The notes under the pieces are model-generated. The model was given only the letters and a program-made list of their open reading frames with translations. It searched no databases and was not told the origin of the DNA. Position numbers and translations under genes: made by a program. A stretch of DNA of 49,622 nucleotides, counting the filler, from Jimgerdemannia flammicorona (lineage: Eukaryota), in assembly GCA_003990765.1 (NCBI GenBank). It is 2 parts of 2 records of this genome, joined end to end, with 100 filler letters (N's around TTAATTAATTAA, not from the genome) between each part and the next. Parts side by side here need not be neighbours in the genome. Positions count along the whole stretch, not along the records: positions 1 to 24,762 come from RBNJ01000928.1; 1 more part is not named here. One strand, 5' to 3'. This document shows, one piece after another, positions 1 through 13,300 of this stretch (the stretch's first letter is position 1; each line of letters opens with the position of its first letter).

Positions 1-598
1 GCACCACCCCACCCCCCACCAGCCAATCGAAAGGCCCTACCGAAATATTATCCGCCCCAACCCCAATGACCACCCCCAGCCTGGCACCCCACTGGTTCAC
101 CGTAATCGCCCTTCCTCCTATCTGTGATGGCCATCTCCCCTCCCATCCCGACATCACCCGAAAAGCAGTCACCTACGCCAGAACCGCGCTCGCCGGGAAG
201 CTCGCCAAAGCCAGAGGGCCCCACCACAGGCACCGAGGACCTGCAGGTAACCTACACTGAGCACTTGACGCCCAAGGTCGGCCGACTCCCTACATAGCCC
301 GAGATATACCGAGACAGCACCTTGTTGACGACGGCAAAAGGAAGAAGGCGCCGCACTAAAACGGATGCACTCCAGATGTAGCTGAAGACACCAGAAACCG
401 CGAAAAAGTGGAGAAGACACCGATCTGACACCAATAAAGGGGCAACTCATCACCATTGCCCTCCTCCCACCATGCCCATGTAGGTACAGCAAATCAACCC
501 GAGGTAGAGGGGGTAATAATAGGGGAAAGGGGACTCAGAAGGTCGCCTACCAAACCTTGTGACCGGTAAGGTAGCGGAGAAAGGGGCGATGCTGCAGC
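1..598. repeat. Unclassified interspersed repeat (copy 1), abutting the broken end of LINE A
   Basis: About 75-270 aligns with about 25485-25683, differing largely by CpG>TpG/CpA changes. LINE ORF2 homology stops at about 599 (after ...KVAKGWI). No domain recognised. Confidence 0.65.
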
Positions 599-2900
599 TC
601 AAATCCATCCCTTGGCCACCTTCACCAATTGCTTCACCACCTAGGCTGGAAAGTCCAGATGATAAGCCAAATACCATAGTTTCAGCAGTCAGTATACATT
701 CAAAATTGAGATCCTTCCTGCCAGAGAGAAGTATCTTCCCCCCCAACCCCGCAGGTCCTCTTCCCAAATTCCAATTCTCTGCTCCCACCACAGCCTGGGC
801 AGAACAGATCTATAGACTGACAAATATATGCCCAAGTACCGCACTACCTCTCTGGTGGGGACAATTGTTCCAATAACCTCTCCACCTATCAGTCCATTGC
901 CTAACACCATTGTTTCACACTTGTGCCAATTCAGCTTCACCCCAGAGTTCTCCTCATACCACTCCACTATCTCCTTGAGCTCCTCAACATCTGCAGTTAC
1001 TCCCAAACCAACCACCATGTTATCTGCAAAGACTCCAACTTTCCAGCCAATTCTATAGATAGAAAGCCCCACAATCCTCCACCAAATTCGGTCCATTAGA
1101 GGCTCCAAGGAAAGTGTATACAAAATGGGGGACAGTGGGTCCCCCTGGGGCACTCCCCTACCCAGAGGGAATGCTACCCCTCTATGCCCATTACACACGA
1201 GTGCAGCCCTACTCCTTTCCAGTAGGCTGACCATCGCCACCTGAAATGGGACTGGAACCCCAATTCTATCCAATACTTTCATCAGCCAGACTCACTACAC
1301 CCAGTCATAAGCCTCTTCTGGTCCAAGAAGACAAGACACCCATCCAGTCTACAGGCTCGAGCACCCTCAATAACTCTGTGCACCCAGGCCATGCCATCTC
1401 AAATAAGCCGACCCCCTATGAAGCCCCTCTGCTTAACTCCCACAATTTGCTAGGCCACCTTTTGCAGCCTTGCAACCACCACCTTAGTCACCAACTTTCT
1501 GTCCATATCTAGCAACATTATCGGCTGCCAGTTCTTCCAATCCTCTCGCCTTCCTTTGTTCTTATAAAGCAGTATCACCAGCCCAAGGTCCTGCTCCCCC
1601 ACCCATCTCCCTGACTGCAATATGGAGTCACACAGTGCTGTCAACTCTCCCAATATGCCCGGGACTCCAACCATTCGCTTCCAGAAGTCCCAGGGGAGGC
1701 CATCCTCTCCAGGCGCCATACCTGAGGCTGTCGCAACAAGAACCTGGTGGATCTTGTCCTCCTTTACAGGCATCACCAGGTCACCTAATCCCTCAGCTCA
1801 CGGAGGGTGCCAATCTTCTAATGTTTGTTCAATGGCTGTAGTATCTGCCCCACCCTCCTCCTCACTCTACAATCCACTCCATCATGCCTTCAGCATTCCA
1901 AGGATATTCTGTACACCATGCACTAGTCTACCATCTGAGTCAAGTACCCCTTCCCACTACTGCTGTACCCTTCTTGCTCGAAGCATCCTCATAAGAAACT
2001 TTGAAGGCCTCTCCCCTTCCTCCAGCCCCTGCCAACAAAGCTGCACCACCAGGCCTTGTATCCTTGACTCTTCCTCTTCCTGCAGCACCTGTTGTAGTTC
2101 CCCAACCTCCATCTTCACCCTTGTTATTCTCCAATCCTCTTCTCCCTCCACTACTGCCAGACTCGCCCACTCCTCCAGAAGTCTAGCCAATCTAGTAGAA
2201 GTCCAATGCACTCTCTGCCTTCACTGCCTCCCAGCCACTCTGCCAGCCTCGCTCTAATACATCCTGGCCATCTCCTTCATCCTCCTCTACTGAACCCCAA
2301 TTGTGGCCTCTTCCTGCTACCAATTTGCCACCTTCATCTGAATGTCATTTGCCCACTCCTCCCACCGGGACTCATCATCCAACAAGGAGGAATTCAGGCG
2401 CCAATGTCCAGGCCCATCACCACTTCCCCCAAAACACCCCGTCCTCTATCAGTTCTATCCAGCCGTATGTCCTGAACCATATTGAAATTGCCTCCAAGTA
2501 TATTCAACCCAGCTTCAGCAAGAATCCCACTCTCCAGAAGCCCTTTTACCCAATCCACATGCTCCCCCCGCACAGCAGAGCAGTAACAGGAGCCAACTGT
2601 AACTGGCTCCCAACCTGCATGAATCCACTCACCCCAGACCAGTCTCTCCCCCCAGCTCCTCACATTCTGTATCTCCCCTCTGCCTTTCCAAACCAGAATC
2701 CTGACCTTGCTGTTCCAAATCGCCGTGCCACCCCATTCCTTAGTCCATTTTATCCTATCAGAATCATCCTCGCACCTGACATCCTGCAAGAGGAAGAGAT
2801 CGGCCTCCAATCTCTTCAACTAAATAAAAATGTTCCTACATCTAACTACGCCCCTTAGCCTATTCACATTCAAAGAAAAAATGTTGGTTGTACTGTTCAT
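599..2900 (-). pseudogene. LINE ORF2 (APE endonuclease + reverse transcriptase), disrupted
   Basis: Starts MNSTTNIFSLNVN. Motifs DLFLLQD, GGNFN, APGEDGLP, NWQPIMLLDMDRK, LDQKRLMTG (frameshifted DQEKAYD), GRGVPQGDPLSP, FADN (YADD-like), RYLG, SLAGR. Multiple stops and frameshifts. Confidence 0.93.
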
Positions 2901-2930
2901 AATGAAATATGGTTTGTTTGCAATCAATCC

Positions 2931-4961
2931 CTACTGCTCCATGCCCATCTCCTTCTGTGCCATGTCCAGATTGTGTTCAGCCATCACCTCCTCCTCTGCA
3001 GCCCTTTGAGCCTTCAGTCCAGCTAACAGCTCATTCATCTCCTCATTAGCCTTCTCCTCAAACTCCTCTCTGTACTCGATGCAAGCCTCCTGCCAAAGCT
3101 GCAGCCCATGACACCTATTCCAACAATACTCAGCCTTCTCCCCAGCAATAACTGCCAACTCTGCCTCCCTCTCCTTGTCCACCTTATACCCTTTCTTCTC
3201 CAGATACACTGCAAGAATTTCCGCCTTCAGTGCCATTGCCACTCCTTCCCCCTGCAAAATTCTCGTCCAGTGCTCATCACCCATCCCATGCAAGTCCACC
3301 TCCCCCAGCTCTTCTGCCGCCAGGTTGTTCATCATCTGGCACATCCAAAGTAGGTTCCCCACCTCCTTCCCACCAGGGGTCACCAGCCTCCCACCATCCA
3401 GCATCGTGGTGTCAGCTCCAGCACTCGTGTCCTCATCCCATACCTCCGGGACATCCACCAGTTTCTCCTCCCTAGCCGCCACTACCTGGTCCCCATCCAT
3501 TACCTCCGGAATGCTGAATTTCACCTTCTGGGTCCCCAGCATCATCACATCCTCCCCAGATTTGTTCCTGGAAGCTGGGCCACACCTGATAAGAGGAGAA
3601 GGGGTGAGGGAGTTCTCCCAGACTTCCTCCCAAACCTCCAAGGTGCCATCCACATATGGGTCACTAATCATCACCTCCTTTGCCTTCTCTGTCTTTGCCC
3701 CCTCATTCCCACTCCTCTCACCAGCCCAGACACTCACTCCAGCCCCTTCTGCACCTGTCTTCATGCTCGCATCCTTTGGTGGTCCACCCCCCAGTTTAGC
3801 CAGCAGATTCTTCTGCCTCTTCCGCCCCTGAGCCCTTTCCCACTGCACCTTGTCTACTCAAATCCTCTTTCCATCCACTATCTCCAGATACATCGACTCC
3901 TCGAAAGTCTTCCAGGCCTTGGCACACTGTTCCACAGCCCCATCCAGCTCCTCCAGCACTTCCAACAAATCCTCCTCCTCTTCTTCACTTCCTTTCACCT
4001 GCGTCACCTTGCACAGGAATGCACCCCAAACCATTGCCGAAGGCCAGTCCCTCATCTTCCCAGTAGCCTCTTTTCCGGCCAGCCAAATCCTCACATCCAT
4101 GTCTCCAGTCCTGAGTGTGGTCCCTTTCCAGACCCTGAATCTGATATCCACCACCTTGCTGTACTCTGCCATGACATCCTCCACTCTCTTTCTCATCTCC
4201 ATCACTGTCACCATGGGGACTCCTTTCACCAGCAGTTGGACCACCCTCAGATCCTATTTCAAACACCTTGCCATCGGAACACACATCTCTCCAACCATCA
4301 GCCCAACCCTTATTGCCTCCTCTAGTGGTTTGACCTCCTCAAAACCCACTTCCACCCCCTCCAGTCCCTTCAGGAACTTCACTGAAGCCGCTCCAGCCAC
4401 CTGCTTAGTGATAAGCCCCAACACCATTTTCACCATCACCACTAAGCCCCGGAAACACAGTGTGACTGCGAACGCCAAGATTGACTTCTTGAGTAACGGA
4501 GCCACTGCCAGTCCCATTACACCATCCGCCAGATCCCCTGGCCTCATGCCCTTCCCACCATTCGGCTCACCATCAGCAGTCCCATCTAGATTTTTTTCCA
4601 GATCGCCCATCACACCCCCATTAGCAGTCCCTGCCCCAGCTGCTACCCCCCCAGCTCTACCCCTATGGCCCTCCAGAGAGGTACCCCCAAGAGGTTGCTG
4701 CCTGGCAGCCTTCACCAGTACCTTCCCCCCTCACAGCCAGCTCTCCAGTCCAGCCCCTTGCTGACCCCCCTTCATCTTCTCTGCAAAGCTCACTCTGCCA
4801 GACCCTTGACCTCCAGCTCCGCCCCCTCCTCCACTATGGCCTCCTGCTAGCAGGCCTCTCATACTTCCCCCCAAGCCGGGGCCCCTCCCCACCTGCTGCC
4901 ATTCAAATGCTCCAGGGCCACCCTGCCCAGTACATACCTCCAGATGCTCATTGGTCACCAT
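2931..4961 (-). pseudogene. LINE ORF1 (gag-like/RRM-like plus acidic coiled region), disrupted
   Basis: Collinear ORFs 4731-4961, 4254-4715, 3858-4244 and 2931-3848 lie in one frame separated by single stops. Homologous to ORF1 in the other LINE copies and lies 30 nt upstream of the ORF2 ATG. Confidence 0.88.
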
Positions 4962-5152
4962 AATACTAGTAGCTTTTCTCCAGAAACTTGTGTTGAAAGT
5001 GTTGCCAAAGATTGTGTAACCTGAATGTTACCAGAGAAAGGTGGTGTGATAAATCAGCTCTTAGTTAAGTACAAAATACAAGAAGTCCCCTCTCTATATA
5101 TATTCTCTCTGAGTTCTTAGTAATAATACCTAAGTTACTCTAGTATTCTAAC

Positions 5153-5763
5153 TAGTACTCTGAATAAGTTAATTCGGATCAGATTTGAATTCCATCCAGA
5201 TCAACTCAGATGAAATTTGAATCCCATCTGGATGGATTCAAATCTCATCTGGATGGATTTGTTTGGATTTCCAAATTAGACAATTAAAGTTTTACATCAA
5301 TAACTTAATGAATAATTATCTAATTTTAATGATCTTGATGTCATTTGAAAGCTCTTAATAAGGCCTTTCTAATGATATCAAGAATATTGAAATCAGATCA
5401 TACATTGCCAAATTATCAAGGAAACCATCTAACTCACTGATTTTGGAAATTATTTGACTTGCTGATTTTGGAAATTTTATCAAAAGAACATTTTTCTTAA
5501 TAGCTCAGCAATGTATAATCCAATGTTAATATTCTTGATATCATTAGAAAGACCTTAATAAGGGTTTTTCAATGACACTAAGATCATCAAAATTGGATGA
5601 TTATTTGTTGAGTTATTGATGTAAACATTTAATTGTCTAATTTGGAAATTAGATTCAAATTAATCTGGATGAGATTCAAATCTCATCCAAGTTAATTCAG
5701 ATGAAATTCAATCCAAATCAATCTGAATCTAATCCAGATTAAATTGACTTGTTTAGAGTACTA
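5153..5763. mobile_element. hAT-type MITE / foldback element 1
   Basis: Termini TAGTACTC...GAGTACTA, long imperfect internal palindrome, flanked by 8-mers ATTCTAAC (5145-5152) and ATTCTGAC (5764-5771). Confidence 0.85.
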
Positions 5764-5771
5764 ATTCTGAC

Positions 5772-6299
5772 TAATGCTCCTAATGAGTCAATTTAATCTA
5801 GATGAATCCCATCTGGATGGATTTGAATCAACCATTGTTTTAATTTCCAAATTAGACAATTAAATGTTTACATCAATAACTCAATGAATAATGATCCAAA
5901 TTTGATAATCTTGGTGTCATTTGAAAGCCCTTAATAAGGTCTATCTAATGATATTAAAAATATTGAAATCAGATCATGTGTTGCTGAGTTATGAAGGAAA
6001 ACATCTGAATTGCTAATTTTGGAAATTATTTGATTTGCTGATTTTGAAAATTTTGTCAAATAGAATGGTTTCCTTAATATCTCAGCAGCATGTAATCCAA
6101 TTTTAATGTTCTTGGTATTATTAGAAAGGCTTTACTAAGGGCTTTCAAATAACACTAATATCATTAAATTTGGATTACTATTCATTGAATTATTGATATA
6201 AATATTTAATTGTCTAATTTGGAAATAAAAACAATAGTTGATTTGAATCCATCCAGATGGGATTTGAATTCCATCTGGATTGACTTATTCAGAGCACTA
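5772..6299. mobile_element. hAT-type MITE / foldback element 2 (same family, tandem with element 1)
   Basis: Termini TAATGCTC...GAGCACTA, palindromic, similar to element 1, flanked by ATTCTGAC at 5764-5771 and 6300-6307. Confidence 0.85.
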
Positions 6300-8737
6300 A
6301 TTCTGACTAAACTTCAGAAGTCTAGCTAACTTCTACCAAACTAAGAACTAGTATATAAATCTAAAAAGGAAATCTCTTTGAATCTGAATTATAAGAGATT
6401 TAGTCTATATATAGAAAGAACAAGTCTCTTAGTAACTATGGTTATTGAAAAAGAATAGTACTATTATTTCTACTATAAAAAAACTGTACTTTCTCTATCT
6501 TAATATATATAATTAAGTAAAAGAATAATTAAAAGACTTCTTAATATATATATATATCAAGTTTCTAGATATTATCTTATTATCTAAGTTATTCAAAAAT
6601 AAGCTTAGAGTGGTTATAAGTATTATATATTACAACTTGGTAGTAGTAGAATTCTAAGCTAAAATAGTATTATAACTCTCTATAAGTTAGAATTAAGACT
6701 CAATCTCAGATAGAAAAAATTTCATAAATAAGAATCTATTTAGCAGTAGTCATTAGAATCAGGTAGAGCTAGAAAACTACTAATCAAAATCTCAATCAAT
6801 AGTTAGTAGATCAAACTTACTAGAATCTATATAAAATATTTAAAAATTACTACTCAGATCTTAGAAATATCTATATATCATAGATTCAATATCTTTATCT
6901 GAAATTACATTAATATTATTAAGATATCAGAATTAACTACTACAGCTACTCAGGTATTCTTAAATCATATCTTTAAAATCTCTACTATAGTATAAATAGC
7001 TATCAAAGAGTAGATTAAATCCAGATATGATCAATATTCAGATTATATAAACTTCTGACAATATGAGAACCAAGAACTAAAAGAGTGAGCTTTGTAGATA
7101 AGATAAAGAGAGATCATCCAATAACTGGACTGAAGGGCTGGCTGAAGAAGGGCAAGGAGATGGTAAGGGCTGTAGGGTCTGGTGAAGTGACCCATAGTAG
7201 TGAGAGAAGTAGGGCTGGGGGAGTAGTAGCTGGAGAGAGTAGGACTGCTAATGACAAGGAGACTACTAATCTGGAAAAAAATTCAGATATGATAGTTAAT
7301 AGTGGATCTGGACAGAGGGTAGGCACAAGGTCCAGGAATCTGGCAGATAGTATGATGGGTCTGGTGACAACACTGTTACTCAAGAAATTAAGGTCAGAAT
7401 TTACTATCACATTGTGTTTCTGAGGCTTAGCAGTAATGGTGAGGATAATTCTAGAGCTTCTGATCCAGAAGATGAAGGAAGCAGTATCAGTAAAGTTTTT
7501 GAAGGATCTGGAAGAGGTGGAGATAGACTTTGAGAAGAAGAAGATACTGTTAAAAGTGATGATAAAGAGAATAATAGTGGAGGAAGTAGTGATCTCTATA
7601 GCCTAGTACTTATATTGAGACCCCTGAGTAGTATAGCTAACAATACTGGATATTTCTATAGTATCAAAGAAAATGGCCAAGGAGTTGATTATAAAGGCCA
7701 TCAAGGACTATGAGGATATTATAGATATTAGATTTTGGGTCTGAGAAGATACAGAATTCAGGATAAGAGATATAGATATCAGGATATAGCTAGTAGGTAA
7801 GGAGAATATAGAGAAGGTAAGAGACTGGCTAGTAGTTCTCAAGTTGGGACCTGTGAAGTACAAGATCTCAAGAGTGGAAGAGATACTAGAGAAAGAAGAG
7901 GACTTGTTGGAGATATTGGAGAATTTGGCTGGAGATATAGAGAGAAGGAGATTGATCTAGAAGAAGTATGAGACCAAGACAGTTATAGAGATTGTGAATG
8001 GTAAGAAGGTGTAACTAGATTGAGCAGTCTGAGAGAGGGCATAGAAGAGATACATTCAGAAGGACCTGCTGGCTAGGAGGGGGGATAGCCAGGGAGACTA
8101 CTATTGGAAAAGCTAGATCAAAGGTGAGTGTCTGGGCAGGAGAGAAGAAAGCAGCACCAGAGGAGACCTCAGGAGGGAGAGAAGGTGCAGGGCTGAGTGT
8201 TATTGTGGAAGATACTGAGATGGTGGAGGGGGAGTGCCCTCAGTATGAGGTGCCAGATGAGGCTAAAGGTGATGATGAATTGTAAGATATACTGAAAAAG
8301 AATTGGAATGAGTTAGTGAGGAGAAATGCAGAGAGTAGATAGGCAGAAAGAGAGAAGAGAGTGGTCTAGAAAGTAGCAGTGTAAGAGGGTTGCTTTTTAG
8401 GATAACCATTACATAGTTCTGGAAAGGTTTTCTGGATATTCTGGATATTCTGGAAGACCGTTTTCTTATGGTCAAGATCAATTTCATATGGAGTACGTCC
8501 TCTATGCTTATTGATTTCAAGATCAGGTTAACGTCTCAACCAAAGTCCTTTTTTGGACTAGTTCTGGATGTTCAGAATTTTCCATATTTCAGGAAGTTCA
8601 AGAAACTAAGACTAGCTTAGTTGAATTAGTGTATTGCTGCAGACAATACCCAATTAGGAAATTTTGTGATGGGGTTAGGAGTGGGACCTAACAGGGAGTA
8701 GATTTACTTAAGAGTGGTTTGTGGGTTATTAAATAGG

Positions 8738-8993
8738 TTTATTTGCTATTCATAATATTGCTATACTAGGAGTAGTTGTGTAAAGGGATATTTGTGGGGA
8801 AGTATTCAGAGATGTTCTTGTGTATTTTTGTCTGAGATTCTGAGATCTGGAGGAGGGAGTATTTATACTAGTGAGGGGCTATCTGGACTATGCTAGATAT
8901 GGATGTAGCACTAAGTGCCTTGCTGAGTCAGAATATAGTCACGTAGTACAAGTGTGATCTGACATATCAAGAGATCATCTGACTGCTGAGTCA
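8738..8993 (-). promoter_or_regulatory. Putative canonical LTR promoter and poly(A) signal
   Basis: Two TGACTCA sites (8924-8930, 8987-8993), TATAAAT at about 8861-8867 and AATAAA at 8738-8743, all on the minus strand in U3-R order. Confidence 0.5.
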
Positions 8994-9056
8994 GTTCACA
9001 GTCACATCATATAAGGCTAATCTAACTATACTATGACTACTAGGCTATTTATGGGT

Positions 9057-10154
9057 TTAAGCGCTGTCTGGGTAGTTCTCGATGACATTACCATCAATTG
9101 CATCATCTCTGATGAAGTAGTCATCTAGGAATAATGGTTCATAGATTACTTCTCCTTATTCGCTGAGGTAATAATACATTGGAACTTCATCTCTGTCCCA
9201 CAGAATAGCATTGTCTATTTTATATGCTGGATAAAGTGTTGGTGGGTGAAGGATGGGTGTATTGTCTTTGCTTTCATTGGATTTGCTATCTGTGTACCTT
9301 CTATAGGTTATAGCACTATGAGTTGCAGGATTGTAGTAAGCTGGCAGCTGTGGTTCATGTTGCTCATACTCAGGTGGTAGAGTGATTGGTTCGATCTTGA
9401 GGGTTGTCTGAAGATACAAGTTGTGTTCTCCAGTCTCTTCATTGTAGTTGAAGTAATTGGGGGTGAACACGGGTTGGTATTCGTACCAGTAGTCATTGTC
9501 CCAATAAGTCTCATATGTAGTTATGAACTGTTGTAAGTTCATCAGCAAGGTTGGTGGTGTGACCAGGGTTGGCAGAGATCCTTGGCTAGAGGTCATGTCG
9601 GCGTCAGAGGGATCATTGTCTTCTGCTTCATCTTCATCGAAGTGGATTATATCGTAGATATCCTTCATGACGTATCCAACTTAGGGCATTTATAGGATAT
9701 GGTCATTGGGGTGTGGGAAGGTTCTATCTGTAGTTTTGACATACTCGAGATACTTCTGGTTGAGTTCTTGTATCATGTCATCGATTTAGCTATAGGACAG
9801 GGTAGTAACCATTTCGCTGATAGTAACTTGGAGGCGGGGAATAAAGGTACTATACTTATAGAAAAGTTCTCGATATTTGTAGGTGATCAGCTTCTGGTAT
9901 TGAGACATCTGGGTAATATCTGTATCATGGTGGTGTTCGACCATGTCTTCTAGGAGGCGGCTGATCTGGTAGTAGCTTGAGATTTGTCCAATTTGGTAGG
10001 CCTCACTAAGTATGTTCAGAGCATTCCATCGGGCTTTCACAAAGTAGAGGGGTACCAGGCTATGGATATTCATGAGGGGCAGAGGGGGTGTGGCTCGGTT
10101 GACAATGGCATTTCAAATGTCAGTGCGAATATAGTTGTAGATCTCGGTGGTCAT
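9057..10154 (-). pseudogene. Unknown 365-codon accessory protein inside the solo LTR
   Basis: One unbroken frame from ATG 10154 to TAA 9057 that includes ORFs 9786-10073 and 9156-9668. Five internal stops (1 TGA, 4 TAA), all explicable by C>T, and no frameshifts. Acidic, Tyr/Pro-rich C-terminal half. Confidence 0.8.
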
Positions 10155-10224
10155 GTTTGTGTATTTGGAAGTTTGTGTTTGTTGTTTGTTTTGGTTCTCT
10201 GATTCGACGTGTCTTAGTGCTCGG

Positions 10225-10330
10225 TATATATGCATTTGGTCCTGATTGGTAAGATTCTGTTTGTGTAAACCTTGTGTTCTGTAACTTCATATTGACTCAG
10301 CTTTGTGCGCTGTGACTTCGGTTTGACTCA
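10225..10330 (-). promoter_or_regulatory. Putative Pol II promoter of the LTR-borne ORF
   Basis: TATATA 10225-10230, CCAAT 10245-10249, two TGACTCA (AP-1/Gcn4-type) sites at 10293 and 10324 in a duplicated TGACTCAGCTTTGTG block, and a CAA-rich leader to the ATG. Confidence 0.55.
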
Positions 10331-13300
10331 GCTTTGTGATCAAGCAGGTGATTTCCAGATTTGTTCAGAGGTCATGTGTGTTTTCTGTGGCTTTTTCAGA
10401 GGGTGACGTGTAATTCCGGCAGCTTGGAGGTTGTACACTTACAAGCAGAGACTGAAGTCAAGGAGAAATGGCTGTGGAAAATACTTGAGAATATGGTGGC
10501 TGAGGAGCTGGGGGGAGAGAACTTCTGAGTACTAAGTAAGAGATACTGGGGTAAAATCTTATATAGTGAGGAGATGCTATAAAAACTTCAGGATGAGATA
10601 ATGGTGATATTGCTAAAGGCTGAGGTATATCAGGTCAACAATAACAGAGAGGCAGCACTTCTGACAATTGTAAATAACAGAGCTGCTTATATGTGAGACC
10701 TGAGAAAAGAGCTGATAAAGTGGCAGATAGTATACAAGGAGTATCATATAGAGATGGAGGCTATGAATAGTGTAGATTATCAAGAGATCTTGGAGGCATT
10801 GGAGACTTAGTAGGGAGAGGTAGATGAACTGGAGGTATAGAGGAATCTGGATGTTGCTGGTGATACAGTGAGCATGAAATTGTAGAATAGACAGCTATTC
10901 TTTAAATACCATTATTCAATATAAACAGTATAATCAGAATCTTATCTTTGAATGTCAATGGGCTATAAGGAGTAGTGAGGTAGTGAAATATCTTTAGATA
11001 GCTAAAGAGGACAGAAGTAGATTTATTCCTACTGTAGAATATTGGGTATAATAGAGACTTAGATAGTCTGGACTAGATAATAGAATAGGGGGATATGGCT
11101 GTTTAGTGAGGATATATAGATATTCTGATTAGGAAGGGCAAGGGAGATATTGAGGATATTAGATATTGGAGGAGCAGAGTAGTATAGAGAGTTTAGAAGA
11201 GGTCAGGCTGGAGGCCCTTAACAGTTGGATCATATTATTATCTGGTAGAAAGAGAGGAGAGAGTAGAATAGATTCAAGAGCTATAAGAGTCCAGAGCATT
11301 GATGGAGATGGGGATTGATTATCTAGGGGGAGACTTTAATATAATATATAATAGAAGATTAGACAGAACTAATGGTGGAAGGAGAATAGTAGGTAAGAGT
11401 GGTAGTATAGAAGCCTGAGAGGAAGTTGAACATTTGAGCTCTTTGGTAGATACCAGGAGGCTTGAATGGGGGGATTGTAGGATCTTTACCTACTAAGTGA
11501 TAGGGCTGGGCTTAAGAATTAACTAGATATTGACTGCTGACTGCTAGAGAGTTGATATCTGAAGAACTTTGGAAACAGTTTAATGTCTATGATCAGATTA
11601 CTGGGGTCTTCTTGGAGAGAGGTATTTTGTGAGAAGTGGGGAGGGGCCTAGACATTGGTGACTGAATATCTCTTTACTAGAAGAGGTCTCCCTATGAGAG
11701 GTATGGGTGGTGGATATTAGCTCAAGGATTCTTGATTAGAGGGCTGAGGGGCTGGAGATTGGAGATCACTAGATATGATTGAAATCTGAGACACAAAAGT
11801 ACTGATGAGAAATAGGCAGGATGTGGAGTATTCAGAGGAAGAAGTAAATAAGGTGGGTCTCTCAGAAGTTAGCAAGGTTGTTAGTGACTTGGGCAGAGCT
11901 GTTAAATGATAGTACTGTTGTCCAAAGGGAGGAGATTTGGCAGATTCTGATGATGATAAGCTCTGAGACTACACCAGGAGAGGATAGCTTATAGTGGGAT
12001 TTCTGGAAGAAGATGGCAGAAGTTGAGTTGGTTCTGGAGAAAATGACAGTAATATGTAATGAAGTAATTGGCTCTAGAGTATAGATTGGAGGGCAGAGCT
12101 TAGACCTTATGACTCTACTGTTTAAGAATAAGAGAAAGAGGAAGGAGTGGAAGAACTGGAGGCTAATCATACTTCTGGATATAAATCACAAACTAGTTAT
12201 AAAGGTACTGATAACTAGGCTGCAAGGAGTGACTCAATAGGTTCTGGGGTCTGAGTAGAGAGAATTTGTAGGGGAATAACTAATCAAAGATAAGATAGCT
12301 TGAATATATAGTATTATTGAGAGTGCTTACACTGCTGGAGTGAATGGATGGTTGATTTTCTTGAACCAGGAGAAGGCCTATGACAAAGTCTGGTGAGTGT
12401 AGTTAAAAGGAGTACTAAAGTACATTGGGGTCCCCTCTGGGGTCTAGAGGGTCTTAGTCAGTCTGCTGGAAGGGAATTGGATGGCAATTATAGTAAATAG
12501 ACATAGAGGGGTTTCTTTCTCTCTAGGTAGAGGAGTGCTGTAGGGGGATTCACTATTACCAATTCTGTATGCATTATCCCTAGAGCCTCTTTAGATAGGA
12601 TATGGTAAAAGATAGGAGGGTTGAATATTCTGGGGGTTAATTGGAAGGTAGGGGTCTTTGCTGACAATATAGTGGTTAAGCTGGGGTCAGCTGAGGATAT
12701 TGCAATGCTGAAAGATACTATAGAGTAGTATGAGGGGTACTCAGGTGCTAAGCTCAACTGGTATAAGTATGAGACTTTGGTATTAGAAGAAAAGATAGCT
12801 AGTAGAGATATGATTAGAATAATTATCTCTATAGGAGAGGCTGTTCACTATCTGGAGATTTACTTTTCAGTATATGGCTCTTTACTACTATATAGGTGGT
12901 AGGAGCAGCAGTTGACAGAGTGGGGAGGTACTCTCTTGAGGTGGAGTGGTCACTATATCTCTGATAGAGAGGATAATAGTGTTGAATATCTACTAGATGC
13001 CTAAGCTGTAATATCTAGAGTACTACTTGGACTTCCCAGCATAGGTAGTCAAGTGATTGCTGAAGATGACCAAGATCTAAATATGGGTGGAGTAATGGAG
13101 TCAGATTGGTTGAGAGATATTGACCTAGCCAATAGACTAGAGTGGCCTGGGCCTGGTGGATTTTTCTAAGTATCTTTACTACTTGAGAGTATAGTAGATG
13201 AAGCAAGTGAGCAAGTTGAGAGACAGAGTGTGGGTTTCCCTCATGCAGAGAGTGTGGGGGGTCCAGTTCTTCTCCCATAGTACAACTGGGGATCTTCTAT

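Larger units (their letters stand above)
599..5048 (-). mobile_element. L1/Tx1-like non-LTR retrotransposon, copy A (5' end present, 3' end lost)
   Basis: ORF1 followed by ORF2 with APE and RT motifs. The 5' end motif (CACCTTTCTC..TAACATTC) recurs in similar form at about 28685 (-) and 41420 (+). Confidence 0.92.
8380..10443 (-). mobile_element. Solo-LTR-like insertion (2064 bp) carrying an internal ORF
   Basis: Termini TGTAAG...CTTACA and perfect 5-bp TSD AGCAG (8375-8379, 10444-10448). LINE ORF1 resumes across it when compared with copy E. On the minus strand it has a TATA box and AATAAA. No visible similarity to the gypsy LTRs at 30838+. Confidence 0.85.

Noticed and set aside
380..430. 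CTGAAGA...CGAAA, hammerhead-ribozyme-like core
   Set aside because: Stem II pairs poorly, and no stem III or NUH cleavage triplet could be built.
1622..4764. Long Ser/Pro-rich plus-strand ORFs (1622-2257, 3175-3831, 3850-4764)
   Set aside because: Antisense shadows of purine-rich LINE ORFs. The same applies to antisense ORFs over the other LINE and gag regions.
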